64,000 bases of DNA from Octopus vulgaris (GCA_951406725.2 OX597824.1:93496001-93560000), one strand, 5' to 3'. Shown: positions 26,501 through 41,569, numbered from the stretch's first letter. Notes: a model not told the origin generated them from the sequence alone. Translations and numbers: made by a program.

Positions 26501-27887
26501 TTCGACCAGAGAACTAATCTGTTCAACAAGACTGATATTCTGTCGGTGAAAACAACGAGGGTTCCAGTTGATCCGATCTACGGAAGAGTGGTGCTCGTGA
26601 AATTAGCGTGCAAGTGGCTGAGCACTTCACTGACACGCGTGACCTTAACGAAGTTCTCAGGGAGATTCAGTGTGACACCAACGGAATATTAGTTGGGGAA
26701 AAAACAAGTGATAATGTTGGAGTCCTCGTAGTAGTTACCCAGGTCTAAAGAAATTACCAACAGGCAGAAGGGAGCTAGCATGCGCAATTCCCAGAAAGCA
26801 AGAGTGATTTAAGTAATAAACCGAGAGGAGATGGAAAGAAAAAGGTGAAAGAAACGAAAGGACAAAATCGCTAGGACTGAAAAATACGCACATTACTGGA
26901 AGAATGCGAAGAACTAAAGAAAAGCAAGAAGAAAATTCAATAGAAATGATTGACAAAAAATACAATAAATTGTATGAATGGTAATGAAAGAAAGCGTAGC
27001 GTAGCCGTTAGGGTTTCCGGCTCCAGATCGCACAGTCGTGGATTCGATTTCCGACGGTGAATTATGCCCTTGAGTAGAACACCTTATTTCTCAGTTGCGA
27101 CTGTAATTCAAAGAGCCAGCCTTGTAACATTCTGTGTCTCACCCTGACAACCACGTTAAGGGTACGTGTGTCTGTGGTGTACTCAGCTACATGCACGTTA
27201 ATTTCACGAGCAGGATGCCCCGTAGATCGGATCAACTGGCAACCTCATCATTGTAACTGACGAAATTAGTCTTGTTACCACCCGCCCACCCACCCCCAAT
27301 GTACCTTAATCGACGAGGTCTGTGATCCAAAGACCTTCTGCCACGACCATCATGTTTTATTTTTATTTTTATTTTTTTCCAACAGTAACTAAATTATACG
27401 AAGCCTTTTTCCTTTTTCTGTTAAAGAGAACAGCGGAAGATTAGAAGGACTTTAACTGCTATTGTCACTAGATCGAGCAAACGAATACAAACTCCATAAT
27501 TTGCTTCTACGTAACATCGCTTGTAATCAAACGCACACAGCAATAAAACGTCGAAGCTTAAAGGACATGCCATAGAGATTTCTATGGTTAATAGTTCCAA
27601 ATTGAACTTCTTACCATAAGAGAATGACTAAATAATTAAGTCATATACCAACTGGCTGGAAACATTTTCCAGATTGCAATTTACTACGCAGGATTTTCCT
27701 AATTGTTGGGGGATCGAATCAAAGGTAATATATCAGACATTTTTAAGTAATGAATTCCTTATTAATATGCTTTCCAGTAATAACGTTCTCAACGAATGTT
27801 ATCCATTGAGATAAAAGCTGATAATAAACATATAACTACCTATATTTATATCAATATACAGCAATAGATAGATACTTAGATAGATAT

Positions 27888-27961
<74 letters not shown>

Positions 27962-27962
27962 G

Positions 27963-28052
<90 letters not shown>

Positions 28053-28089
28053 CAGTTAGATATGCAACCATGAAAGATAATATTACCAC

Positions 28090-28545
28090 TAGGGCAGAAA
28101 TGACACCAATGGGAGAACAGAAGATCTAAAGGCCAATTATGGTTAGATGAAATACAGGATTACAGGAAACTATACACAGATCATTCAATGGAATGCATCG
28201 ATTATAATAAAAGGCCTACGACACGATCTTTCAAGCTTCGGTAATAGAATGCCTAAAGATAATAAGTATTGCACAGAGCATACGAACGTTGATTGCCAAG
28301 TGTATGAATATAGCGAAAACAAAATGAATCTATTCTTCCGAAGAGGTATGAAGTGTTCGCATCGATATTGTAATCTTTGGAAGTAATAGCATATCCCTTT
28401 TGGATTTTATGATATGCATGGTCAAATTAACCCTTGCTACAAAGAATGGTCAGAGATTGTTATGGTATTCAATGAATGTAAAAGGAATGACTCTCAGCTT
28501 GTCTATATGGATGACTTAAAACTGTTTGCAAAGAATGACGGTGGA
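28090..28545 (+). pseudogene. Degenerate reverse transcriptase relic, R4/Dong (R2-group)-like non-LTR element
   Basis: Broken frames give GQK*HQWENRRSKGQLWLD, SMECIDY../KAYDTIFQASVIECLK and LVYMDDLKLFAKND. These match the QKG..DQLLID / WIDYKKAYD / YMDDLKL motif order of this clade. Confidence 0.75.
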
Positions 28546-28934
28546 AGGATGTCATTAGTACAACAAAGTACTTGGAATGTTCTGTGACGTCTGAACGTAT
28601 TTGCAGGTTAAATGTGTCAAATTTTAATAATTACCTGTATTTGTAAATGCATCAAAATACTGTTCTGCGTATAATGGCGGTCATATCACGGACGATAAAC
28701 CGAGTTTCCTACATTAGAGAACCGGGTGTTGCCGATGAGCTGCCTAAATTCACAAGACACAGCAGTACTTATTAGTAAAACGAAGACAAATTATCACAGT
28801 CGGTTAGCACCAACTTATGAAAGATTGACTTGCTTAAGGTACGATGTCTTTTACGTGGGAAAATTCCGCAATTACTGCATTTGCCGGAGTATAAGACGCG
28901 CTGTTGTATTTTTAATCGCATCAAAAATTGCTAT

Positions 28935-29277
28935 GTAACGTGGACGTAAACACACTAATATCGGTTGTCAAGCGATGGTGTCGTGACAAACACAGACACA
29001 GAAATACATACATACACACACACACACAGACACACACACACATATATACATACATACATACATACATACATACATACATACATACATACATACATACATA
29101 CATACATACATGTATATATATACGACGAACGTCTTTCAGTTTCCATCTACTAAATCCACCCACAAGGCTTTGGTTGGTCCGAGGTTATAGTAGAAGACAC
29201 TTGCCCATGATGGCACTCTGTGGGACTGAACCAGGAACCATGTAGTTGGGAAGTAAGCTTCTTACCATACAGCCCCT
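28935..29277 (-). mobile_element. SINE family B
   Basis: Reverse-complement match through the head (gggactgaaccaggaaccatgt). Confidence 0.88.
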
Positions 29278-29382
29278 CCCGTTCTTAATAATGAAGTGAT
29301 TTTTAATTTTTTTCCATTTATCAACGTTGAAATATCAAACGGGTGAATTAATGAATGTAAGTTTGAAATTTAGAACAGAGAT

Positions 29383-29800
29383 GCAGGCGTGGCTGTGTGG
29401 TAAGCGGTTAGCTCCTCAATCACATGGTTCCTGGCTCAATCCCACTGTGTGACATCTTGGGTAATTGTCATCTATTATTGTTACAAGCCAGCCAAAACCT
29501 TGTGAGTGGATTTGGTAGATAGAAATACAAAGAATCCCATCGTGTGTGTGTATGTGTGTGTGTGTGTGTGTGTGTGTCCGGTTTCCCCTGATAACTGCTT
29601 GACAACCTGTGTTGGTTTGTTTTCGTCCTAGAAACCTAGCAATTCGGCAAGAGAGATCTAGACAATAGGTATCAAATTAAAAAAAGAAAAAGGAATGAAG
29701 TATTGGAGTCGATTTGTTTCACTAAAGATTTCAAGACCCTGCTCCAGTAGGGCCGTAATCCAATAACTGAAACAGGTAAAAAAAAAATGAAAGAAGAGAA
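29383..29800 (+). mobile_element. SINE family B, diverged full length
   Basis: gcaggcgtggctgtgtggtaag head to ctgaaacaggtaaaa tail. Confidence 0.85.
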
Positions 29801-31318
29801 TAAGGAGATATAAGAAAGTAGGTATTTTTGGCAGGTAGTCTATAAATTTTTGCATTTCCCACTGTTAGAAGTTTATAAAATTTTCTAGCATTTGTACAAA
29901 GACAACTCTTGGGCGAGTTTATAGTCAATTAGATTCATCGCAGCATCTGATTGCTTGAGAATTTATCGACCATGTAAAGTTGAAAATAAAACTGGATCCG
30001 TATATATTAAATTCCCTTTATGGAGATGAATGAAACGAGACGCCATATTGTTCATCAGTTCCCCACTAAATTCCCTGTGGTCGTAATTACACCTAGACAA
30101 TTTCCTAATTCATAGCTTGACACTTCAATTTGTTGCACGTTTAACTGCTTCTCTCCGTATGGAGTCGTGTTACATCGTGACTCGACAGAAACTTGTAAAC
30201 ACGAGGAGAAAAAGTCTCAAAGCTGCAGATATACTCAAAGCACATAACAAATTTTAATAAACGCCTCTCTTCCTCATTCCATAATTAATTTTCTCCTAAT
30301 TTCTTCTCTGCATACATTTGGAGAGAAACCGATTCTAACCTACCTCTTTATTGCACACACAAATACACACTCTACTTACATATACATATATATACATATA
30401 TATATATACTTGTGTATGTGTGTATGTGCCTAAATGTGTATATACATATCTATATATAATCTATATATAAACATACACATATAAATGTATATATATATAT
30501 ATATACAAAATGAGAAAATGGAGAAACATACCTAAATCAATCATCAACCATCAGATAATACCCAATCAATACTTTATTAAACCATTACACAACAGCAATG
30601 ACATTATACATAATATATCACAAATATAACTAGACATAGAAATAGAAATAGAAAATATATATATATATATATAAAATACAAAATACACAATTATATCTTT
30701 AGATCGCTAGTAATAGCAATACTCAAAATATAAAACAGACTGGAGTTGTAGTGCTCCAAATATATGAATATATATGTGTAAATCTAACATATATATGTAT
30801 ATGTATATATTTATATGTGTGTGTGTGTATGTATGTAGGCAGGGATCTAAATATCATTAATGATTTCGTGAATATATGTATGAACCTTACTATACAAACG
30901 CACATGAACATAGAATATCATAAAGTGTATAGGCAATTGGCAGGCAGAGATAGTTAGATAGGTAAGTATATTCATAAATAATCGGATGCATATTGGTAGA
31001 GACATTTATTAATAGATACATACGTACATAAAAACATACATTCGAAGCGAGAAGTCGCGTATTTGGCGTGGGATACTATTTAACGAAAATAGGACGAATG
31101 CTATGTTCAACTTTCGAGCCACAGCTAGCAGCCTTGTTAGATAACTGGTTAGTCTTCAGGTGAATCAACTGAGGGAACCTTTTTTCAGGATCTTAGTGAT
31201 TTTTGACTAAAACTTGAATTTAGCATGCAGAGAGTTACTGTGGCTGGACACACATCAACAACAACACAATCGAGAAACAGAACGAAGGTGGGGTGGGGTT
31301 GGGTGGTAGTAGTAGTAT

Positions 31319-31385
<67 letters not shown>

Positions 31386-32375
31386 CAGATTTCTATTCCA
31401 GTGATATGTGCCCTTACTGAAATTTTCCAAAAAAAAAATTTGGCTTTGAAGGACTCTCCTCAGGAGAGAGTATTCTCTACCAAAATAAGTAAAAATAACA
31501 CCAGATACTGAATTGTTAACAAAATTGTTGATGAGTATTTTCAACAGTTTTTTTTTTGCTCAAACTAGTTATTTTTTATAAATACATTCTTCTACGTTCT
31601 GAGATCGTGAGTTGGTATATAAATTGAGGCTTGTTCGACTTTTATCATTTCTCCATTGTTCAGATATTTAATGATGAAGTTTTGGTGTCAGTCAAATCCT
31701 AAAACCCAGCTGAAATACCTGTCATCGTCGCTATGGTATATGAAACCCAAAACCATTAACTCTGGCTTTTCCCGATGTCATTTCGCGATTTATACAAGTT
31801 AAAAGCAAGCAAGGACACTGACTAGCAAACCATATATTTCCCCGTATTTTCTTGTCAAATAAATGCCAGGACCGAATGTTATCTTGACATCAGAATCTAG
31901 GAGGACATAATTAAATATATATCAGGAAGCAATGAGTGTTGTTCTCTGCTAGACCTACCATCTCGCTGTCATCCATTCTATATCATTACCGAGAAGCAAA
32001 ATTGTCGAAGCAACATGTTTAAAGGTTTTCAAGTATGAAATATCGGTTTTATGCATCCTCACTCTTCTATATCGATTGATATCGATATTGTAGTTTTATG
32101 TGGTTTTCATCACCTGTCTCATCAGGTGGTCGTAGAGTCGAGGGGTCGGTGGGAGTTTCGAAGAAAAATTAGTACAAATCGATCACGTGTTGAGCGTGTG
32201 TAAACTAGCCCTTTGTCAAGTCGTGTCAAAATAGATTGCGTAATATATTACATCATTTCACTTCATCAGAATTTAACTACAGGTAACACCATAAGGGCAC
32301 GAAGGCAACGCACGGCCTTCCAAACGAAAACATATATTTATAAGTAAAAACAAGAACAACACACACACACACACG

Positions 32376-32431
<56 letters not shown>

Positions 32432-32575
32432 TGTGTGTGTTTGTGTATGTGTGTGTGTGCTCTAAGAACAACATAGGTGCGTGTGTATAAAATCACACCT
32501 ACATATAATTAAATGTATGAGCATATGTGTAATCTATATGTTCATACGCAAACATAATAAACAAGTATGTACAAA

Positions 32576-32614
<39 letters not shown>

Positions 32615-32758
32615 AGAGAGAGAGAGAGAGAGACCTATGTGTGTATATATAGGTGTATATATATACGTATGTACATACATAAATGTTGATACACATATAT
32701 ATGTGTGTGTAAGTATGTATATATATTTACATATTTTCGTATATATATGTCTATATAT

Positions 32759-32811
<53 letters not shown>

Positions 32812-33849
32812 CATATATCAAATTACACAGCCACTCACACATATTGACGCATGCGTATATACATGATGCATAAAAGGGAATCGATAAATGAAGAATGACA
32901 GAAGCGTCGCAACTCACACCAGCAGCCGATGCCACGCATAGATATTATACAATTGCAAGTCCACATTTTAATATATCGGGGAGAAAAGACCTACTTTTAT
33001 TGCGGGGTGTTAAAACCGTTTCCCTATTTAAAGACAAATCTTCGAATTTTATACATATTTATTTTATGTTTTATATTTTTTACCGTATTTTTTTCTTTTA
33101 CGTTTTTAATTTCCTATCTCCAACAAGAAACACACTTTGGTAGTAAATCTGTAGAAAGAAAAAAAATGGCAAAAAAGAATGGTATGAGCTACCATTTATA
33201 TTACATTGTTGCATTTTATTCTCTTATGGGTTTTTTTTTTTTCAGTATTTTTGCTCTAATAATGGGAAATAATACATCACACAATTCTCTTTTTGACATC
33301 TGCATTCAGTTTCCAATATAGAAATAAAATAAAATAAATATCGAAACGTAAAAAAAAAGTAGATATTAATATAAAAAAACAATAGGGAAAACGTAAATTA
33401 ATAGTGATCGTGTGTTGATACATAGAAAATGTCGTTCGACCTTCGTTCGTGTTTGGTTATAGAGAGTGATATTATTATCATTTGATGGTGCTAACATCAT
33501 GTAAAGTTGCAAGCGAATATGGCAGAAAGTATAGTGGTGTGGTTGATGGGGAGGAGAACGAATGTGTGGGTGGGTGTGTGGGGTGAAATGTCACGGCGAC
33601 AAAAAAAGAGGAAATGTTGAAAGGGAAAATAATAAAATAAAATAAAATAGAATAAAATCAATTATAAAACAAATAATAAAATTGAGGGGAACGTTTCGTA
33701 AAGAAGAAGACGAAAAGGAAAACCAAACGTGAAATACGAGATCTATGTATTTATATTTATTACTAATTTCAATAAGAATATTGGATTCTGTTAACTATAT
33801 ATACACACACACATATATATATAAAAGAATGAAAGAAACCTCGATATTT

Positions 33850-33907
<58 letters not shown>

Positions 33908-33936
33908 CATACTTATATATAGAGAGAGAGATACAA

Positions 33937-33992
<56 letters not shown>

Positions 33993-34224
33993 ATAGATAG
34001 ATACACACACATATATATACATATACATACATATATATATGTATATATATACCTACAAACACAGACATACACATACGCACACACACACATACACACAAAC
34101 ATATAAGTAGGTGTGGGGGGTGTATAAATATACACACGCAACACTCTTATGTTGATGCAGCGAATCTATGTATGAATGCGCGTATATTTCACAGTCACAC
34201 ACGTACAGGTATGTATAATGTATA

Positions 34225-34361
<137 letters not shown>

Positions 34362-35042
34362 GTTTGCAGCTATATATAAATATGTGTGTGTGTGTGGGTG
34401 TGTATTCATACTCAAACAAACGCAAAACCAAAAAACAAAAAAAAAACACAAAAGAAAAGAAATAAGGCCGCTCACGATAAAATAATAATATCCATGAATT
34501 ACAGGGAAGTATCAAGGTCAGGGCAATTTCTGTACTGAAATAATGCCAGATAAAAATATATACAAACGAACTTCACAAGCACACATAGATAGCGACACAA
34601 TACATATACACACAAACACACACGCGCGCGTACACGCACGCACAATCACACAGAAATTACGTGATGTATTATAGGCATTTCTGTGTGGGCAGTGCTTTTA
34701 TGTTTTGTCTGTTTGTATGTGTGTCTGTGTGGGTGTTCAGTGAAAGATATGATGTTTGTTCTCTCAAATGTGCTGGCTCATCTTTTTCGCCATAACTATG
34801 TGTAGAATGGCTGTTATTCTGTCGCTTTTCGTTTTCTATGTCTATCTCTGTCTCTGTCGCTCATTCTGCGCATGTGTCTGTGTGTGTTTGCGGTTGAGGG
34901 ATTATATGCCCCTTTATTGGACTGTTTTCCGTAGTCATTGCACGGTGATCGCCATAAGCTTCAAGCTTATATAAATTGCCATTATTATTATTTCCAAGAT
35001 TGTCAAAACGGCGCCGTATAAAAAAGCTATAGCGCACCGAAA

Positions 35043-35089
<47 letters not shown>

Positions 35090-35092
<3 letters not shown>

Positions 35093-35430
35093 TCTTTTAC
35101 TCTTTTACTTGCTTAGGTTATTTGACTGTGGCCATAGTGGAGCACCGCCTTTAGTCGAGCAAATCGACCCCAGAACTTATACTTTGTAAGCCTAGTACTT
35201 ATACTATCGTGTGTTACGGGGACGTAAATACACCATCATCGGTTGTCAAGCGATGTTGTGGGGACAAACACAGACACACAAACATATACACACACATATA
35301 TATATATATACGACAGGCTTCTTTCAGTTTCCGTCTTCCAAATCCATTCATAATGCTTTGGTCGGCCCGAGGCTATAGTAGAAGACACTTGCCGAAGATG
35401 CCACGCAATGGGACTGAACCAGGAATCATG
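35090..35430 (-). mobile_element. SINE family B
   Basis: Tail actcttttact through gggactgaaccaggaatcatg. Confidence 0.88.
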
Positions 35431-35897
35431 TTGTATCTCTGCATACATGTGTACGTATGCGAGTGAGTGTCTTCATCTGACTGTATGTATATGTTCGTAA
35501 GTTTATAATGGTTTAGATTCACAATGTTTAAAGATACAGGAAGGTAACTCCGGTAGTGCTGAACCCAGAATTTTTCTACAACTAAGGAGACACTGAGGAA
35601 CATCTAGTGACCAAGTATTTATTGCCCCCTTTACAGAAACCTACAGAGTGACACCGACACGTGTTTTGTGCAGAACGTTAATAGACTTATTCATTTTGAA
35701 TGAACTCATCAAACATAACTGATGACTGTTACGAATTATTTATCTCCATCAAGGTGACTATTAAAACTATGAATTCAATTCAAATCTTTTTATTTTTTAT
35801 GCCCTTTAGTGATTCGGCCATGGCTATGCTGGAGCATCCCTTTCAAGGCTTTAGTCGAGCATATTTTCCTCAGCATTTCCTTTTTTAAGCCTGATAC

Positions 35898-36016
35898 TTA
35901 ACCCTTTGAGCCCTGAATCCCTGAACCTTATTTGACCCTTATACTAGGCTTATTGGTGTAATCCACCGGTAGAGCGGTGGTACGGTATAGAGAAAAATAA
36001 ACCATCAAAGGTTTAA
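35898..36016. mobile_element. Possible piggyBac-type MITE relic
   Basis: TTAA-CCCTTTGA ... TCAAAGGT-TTAA: TTAA duplication with a 7/8 terminal inverted repeat, truncating a SINE B remnant. Confidence 0.4.
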
Positions 36017-36732
36017 TGCAAAAGGTTTCGTTTCTCGAAATTTACGAGAACGCACCCGCTTTTTTTTTATCAAAAATAACTGTGCTAAAAGAAAATATTG
36101 TCAAACCAGTATCCTGGTCTGATGTTTCAAAGAACTGAACTGGATTAGAGGAATTCTCAGAGAAACAAAATTTGATGAGAGATCGTGTTTAACATTGAAG
36201 AACAGGAACGACCCCTAGTAAGAACTAGCATTCAATCTCCGAGAATAAAGTTTTCAATTTGGTCGATAAAGGGATTTAAAAACTTTGATTACAATATCGG
36301 AGAGGGGGATTGAACCCGTAGCCATGAAGTAGCGGATCGAACTACATAACTGGCAGAGTCTTTAGCAGACCAGCCGAAATACTTCGCAAACCTTCGTCTG
36401 ACTTTGGGTTCGAATTGCGCCGAGTTTCACATTACCTTAACGGCGGTGATTCAGCATGGCCGCAGCTCTGGGCTGAAACTAGAGAAAAAAAAAAAAAACT
36501 TCACAGTCATGGCTGCGTATATCTAACGATGGTTAAAGAGCCGGTATTGATTTCTCACACAAGCAAATAGCCTCAGATTGAAAGTGAATATATATTAAAA
36601 GCAAAAATGAGATAACGTGACGCTCATGACTTTTCACACGGCTATAAATACCATAGTTATCTCCCTTTATGTTCTCAGTTCAAAGTGGGCTTTTTTTTCA
36701 TTTTGTCTTTCATCCTTCTGTTGAAAAAGGAA

Positions 36733-36767
<35 letters not shown>

Positions 36768-36860
36768 CCAGTTAATTTCTTGTTTCATTTAATTGACTGT
36801 TCCCTACATAAGAGAAAATGTGGGATTCGTTTATGTCAGAAATCAGCATCACCTACAGGA

Positions 36861-36912
<52 letters not shown>

Positions 36913-36913
36913 A

Positions 36914-36952
<39 letters not shown>

Positions 36953-37611
36953 TGCATTAAAGGCGGTGTATTGGCAGAACCTGTACAGCGTAGTAAAAAA
37001 ATTATCCTCAGCATTCATTCTTGGCCTCTTTTATACTCCAAGTCTCAAATCCGCCGCTGTCAGCCCCCACTGCCTTTCAAGCTTTCAGGGATGATAAAAG
37101 AAGTACCATTAGAACACGGGCTTTGAAGGTTTCGTCTACGGCGCGACGGTGATAGATTGAAGTACCCTGCTAGTTCCAGGTTCGATGAAGTCGATTAAAC
37201 TCGACATCGTACACAGCATCTGCCTATTTAAGGATTATTGCCGTGTATTTTTTTTTTCCAGGAGAAAAATAAATTTATTCTTAAAGTTATTTCGCTCACT
37301 CGTTCGGAGATAGTTCCAATTGTCTCCAGGCGTTAATTTTATATTCTACACAGCAGAACATAATTTCGATAATGAAACATTATATTTTGTACGGTACAAA
37401 ATATAATTTTCTTCATGTTTGGTTTTCAACTTTAAACCATAGTTTCTTTATCTGAGGTCATCCGATACCTATACATACATATATACATATATACATACAT
37501 ACATACATGGTTGTTTTGCGAAATTTTTGCTGAGAACATTCCTTATTGGTAAGACCATAGCGAATCTCTTTCTAGCATAAGGGTGGTTTCCCTTATAGTG
37601 GTTTCCCTCTA

Positions 37612-37662
<51 letters not shown>

Positions 37663-38189
37663 CATGTATACTTAAAAGTGAAAATAAGTAAAACAGTTTT
37701 CAAATTCAAAATGTGATGCTGTTAATATCATCTGCATTTCCACGCGGGGCCGTAAGGTCTTTGTGAGAAACCTGTTCCTTCCTTACAGGAAGACATCAAT
37801 GAATGATTACAAAAGATAACATTTATACATACAAGTAGATACAAGTACATACAAGTGCATATATATATGTGTATATATATATATATATACAAATCTACAT
37901 ACCAATGTCTTTTCAACCATATTTGCTTCTTTCTCTACGATCTCATTGTCTTATGGTTTCATAAGAATTCTTTATAACTTGCTTTGCTTTTATATCATAC
38001 CACAATCCGATTTTGGTAAATAGAAATTTCACGTTACCTCAGTTTCTCTCTTTCCAATTTTCTATTAAATCTTAGAATTTCTTATACATCGTTTGTCTTT
38101 AATGTCGCTATTGTTCCAATCTCGGAATATTGAGCATAAATTCTCAAAGTTTAGCTTCGCTGATTCCATCTCACCTGGAGACTACGCAT

Positions 38190-38248
<59 letters not shown>

Positions 38249-38669
38249 TTCAATATATATATATATATTGAAATAAAATAATACATATATCTATAATACA
38301 TAGACAGACCCAAATATTGCTATAAATAAATATGTATATGTGAGTGCCTTTCACGTATATATACATATGTATATACGCGCGCGCACACACACAAACACAC
38401 ACACACACACACACATACACACACACATATACACACGCACATATAAATATATATATATATATACATATATAGAAAACTAATTATATGTCTATGTATATAA
38501 GTATATATATATGTGTGTGTGTGTGCGTGTGTGCGTGTGTGCGTGTGTACGTGTGTGTGTGTGCGTACACTAGCATAGAGAATGAAAGAAAATATTATTG
38601 AATGTTATTATGTTGTGGGGAAAACATCGGCATAAGAACGATAAATACAAGAGTGGAATGGTTCGAAGC

Positions 38670-38765
38670 GTGACGTCACTTCAGCCATTGCTACAAGAAG
38701 TTGAAAGACGACCGTTACACATTGAGTATATAAAACTGATGAATAGAGGAAGTTTTGTCATTCAA
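38670..38765 (+). promoter_or_regulatory. Candidate RNA Pol II promoter: CRE, TATA box, Inr
   Basis: GTGACGTCAC at 38670-38679, TATAAAA at 38729-38735, TCATTC with A at 38760. The TATA box starts at -31, the canonical spacing. Confidence 0.5.
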
Positions 38766-39425
38766 CATTGCTTCTCTTTTCGTTGGTCACTTTTTCTCTC
38801 GTTCTCTGCTGTTGGTGAAGAACTACTTCCGAGACAATACCTGATTAAGACATTTCTCTTTCTACTTCTACGAGCATTGCATTCAATTTGCTTCTATGAG
38901 CATGGATTCGATTTCCTTGACTAAAAGGTGGTGCTCCAGCTTGGCCGCAGTAACACGGCTGAAACAAAAAGAATAAAAGAAAAAAGAATATATATACAAG
39001 AGAACAAAGGTAAACAGGACGAAGTGTAGAAAATTAAGGAAAGTGCAAGGAAATTAGTGATTGACCACTAGGGGGCATAAAAACTTGGCATTTTCTGACT
39101 CTGCATTGAAATTGTCTGTTCTGAGGTCAGAGAGGTCCGACGGAAAAGTTGGCAGCTCTTAAGAAAGTAATGAAAAATGAATGCTAACAGATTTTCTTTC
39201 AATTTAAATGGTTAAACCACTATTAAGTGAAAGTAGTTGCAAATATGTGTGACTCTGTGTGTATGCTTGCAGCACGAACACACTCACGCAGGCACACACA
39301 CACACACACATACATACAAACACTGGCACACATACATACATATGTATGTATACACACATATACATGAATATAAGCATATATATATTTGTATATGCACATA
39401 TATATATACATATATATATATATAC

Positions 39426-39495
<70 letters not shown>

Positions 39496-39670
39496 CATAT
39501 GGCTTCTGGTATTTTTAATCACCAGAATTTACTGAAATGACTGAAGAACCGAGATTTTGGTGCAGGCCATTTACGAATCTGATTTAAAACATGAGAGCTC
39601 TTTGATTTTTAAGAATGAATTACGCGTCTTTCTGGAATGTTCTACATACGCATGTGTGCGTACATAATAC

Positions 39671-39704
<34 letters not shown>

Positions 39705-39827
39705 TGTATTCGTACGCACAAATATTTGTGTGTTCGCTTGTGTGTGTGTGTGGGTGGGTGTGGGTGGGTGCATGGATTTCTTTATGAAACGCTTTATTTT
39801 TGAATTACAATATCTTCTCGAGGAAGA

Positions 39828-40045
39828 CAGCGTCGAGCTGGCAGAAACGTTAGCATGCCGGGCGAAGTGGTGAGCGTCATTTCGTGTGTGTTAACGTTCC
39901 ATTTTCTAGTTCCGCCGAGGTCGACATTGTTTTTTATCCTTTCGGGGTCGATAAATTAAGTACTTGTTGCGCACTGAGGTCGATCTAATCGACTGGACCC
40001 CTCCCACAAAACTTCGAGTCTAGTGCCTAGCGTAGAAAAGAATAT
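39828..40045 (+). mobile_element. SINE family A monomer
   Basis: gagctggcagaaacgttagca...ggggtcgataaattaagtac...gtagaaaagaat. Confidence 0.9.
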
Positions 40046-40454
40046 CTTCTCAGTGAGGCCCTATATGATTGCTGTCTATAGTCTCTATATTTATACAAGC
40101 AACATATCAGTTCCGTTTACTGTCAATTTCAAACATTTTAGCAGAATTGGAAGGCTCCTGTATCTCTGTTCCTATCAGTGGACCCTATACTGTTCGAATG
40201 TTCGTCCAAGATGGTGTCTTAGTCGCCCTCTAACACTTAAGAGCGGATTGTTCCCCGTAAAAGAGCTCAGACTCCAGAGAACGAACGCCTGTCCTTTCTA
40301 TGCTGCTATTCACATAGTGATGAACTTGTTGCTATAGTTGATGTTGGTTCAGCCACTTTTTTTAGGTCCTTTTCTTTTCCTTCCAGCTAATATTGGCGTT
40401 GCACATTGTTGTTGTTGTTGTTGCTATTGTTGTTGCTGTTGTTATTGTTGTTGC

Positions 40455-40690
40455 TGCTGCAGAGATGTTCTCAGCATTATTCAGCCTCTCCTTTCTTCTT
40501 TCACTATTTTCATTGTTTTTGAAGAAGGCTCTGAGATGGTCAACTCTTTCAAAACAGTGGCCTTTCGGTCGTCTGTTCTCCACAGTTCTTCTTATTTCCG
40601 CCCCATTCTTCAGAGAGATTAGCTCTGGGGTCCTCTCCAGATATCCCGGTTTTACATGGAGCAGCACTAATGGTGAGACTTGGGATATCT
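40455..40690 (-). pseudogene. Relic of LINE ORF1 (L1/Tx1-like) zinc-knuckle region
   Basis: LERTPELISLKNGAEIRRTVENRRPKGHCFERVDHLR. A homologous relic at ~42625-42780 (-) reads NGAQLRGIVEGRRSESHGCGTVGHLRPFC, a decayed CxxCxxxGHxxxxC. Confidence 0.5.
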
Positions 40691-40909
40691 GGCTTTTTCA
40701 ATTATAATTACAGTACAACCAATAGACATTCCGTACCTTCTATCCATCGAAATTCACGAGCAAGTCCTTGGTCCTTGGAAGCCACGTTGAAAAACTGACA
40801 ATACGCATGTCCATATACAACACGATTTGTCGAAACCGCGACCTCATGACTGCGAGGCGATTCTCTAAACTATCCAGCAACTTGCCATACATACTCCAAA
40901 GTAAATAGC

Positions 40910-41272
40910 AACAAGAGCACTCAGAGAACGCAAACGTCTGCTAAGGCAACACCAATGTTTTCTCAACGATTAGCCAGGGATGAGCTTCAAAACGAGAATA
41001 TTTGAAATAAACTCGATTACTCTCACAAACGAGAATACTAAAAATGAACCCGACCGCTCGCAAAAGTTAGGTAAAGAAACAGGAAAAATAAACCAGGATC
41101 CTTGTCCGGTAGCGGATCAATCTCAAAATCTAATCGGTTTTTGCCAATCACGAGGCCAACTATCTCTGCAAGTTTCATCGGAATCCGTCCAGCAGTTCTT
41201 GAGATATCTTGTCAACAGACAAACAAACACGACTGAAAACAATACCTCCGTCTTAGCGAAGGCGCAGGTAAT
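40910..41272 (+). mobile_element. Non-autonomous Helentron/DINE-1-like element
   Basis: 5' aacaagagcactcagagaacgc with subterminal repeat acgtctgctaagg, internal aagtttcatcggaatccgtccagcagtt, short (ACAR)n, and 3' hairpin acctccgtctt-agcg-aaggcgcaggt followed by aatt. Confidence 0.6.
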
Positions 41273-41480
41273 TAGAGAATGTGAGAGAGAGAGAGAAAGA
41301 GAAGAAGAAAAGAATTACAGACTGAAACAGAGATAGAGTGATAGAGAGCAGAGATAGTGAGAGAGAGATAGAACAGAGATAGTGAGTGAGTGAGAGAGTG
41401 AGAGATATTAAAAGCTACTTAAAGTGTATATGACTAATTGTTGAAAGTTTGTCGACCTGTTTGCTTTGCTGATCTCTTAC

Positions 41481-41569
41481 ATGACTATACTGATCCTCTT
41501 TTCTTTTCTATTCTCTAGGTATGTAATCGTTTCCACTGTTTCCGTGCGAAGACAGCTCAAAGACTGTAT
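41481..41569 (+). CDS. Candidate first coding exon with signal-peptide-like start MTILILFSFLFSRYVIVSTVSVRRQLKDC
   Basis: ATG at 41481 after an in-frame stop, hydrophobic N-terminus, donor AT|GTAAGA. The same T-rich stretch could instead be an acceptor tract (TAG at 41516-41518). Confidence 0.25.

Noticed and set aside
33167-33190. ATGGCAAAAAAGAATG|GTATGA as a start exon
   Set aside because: No compatible downstream exon or promoter support was found. Such motifs arise often by chance.
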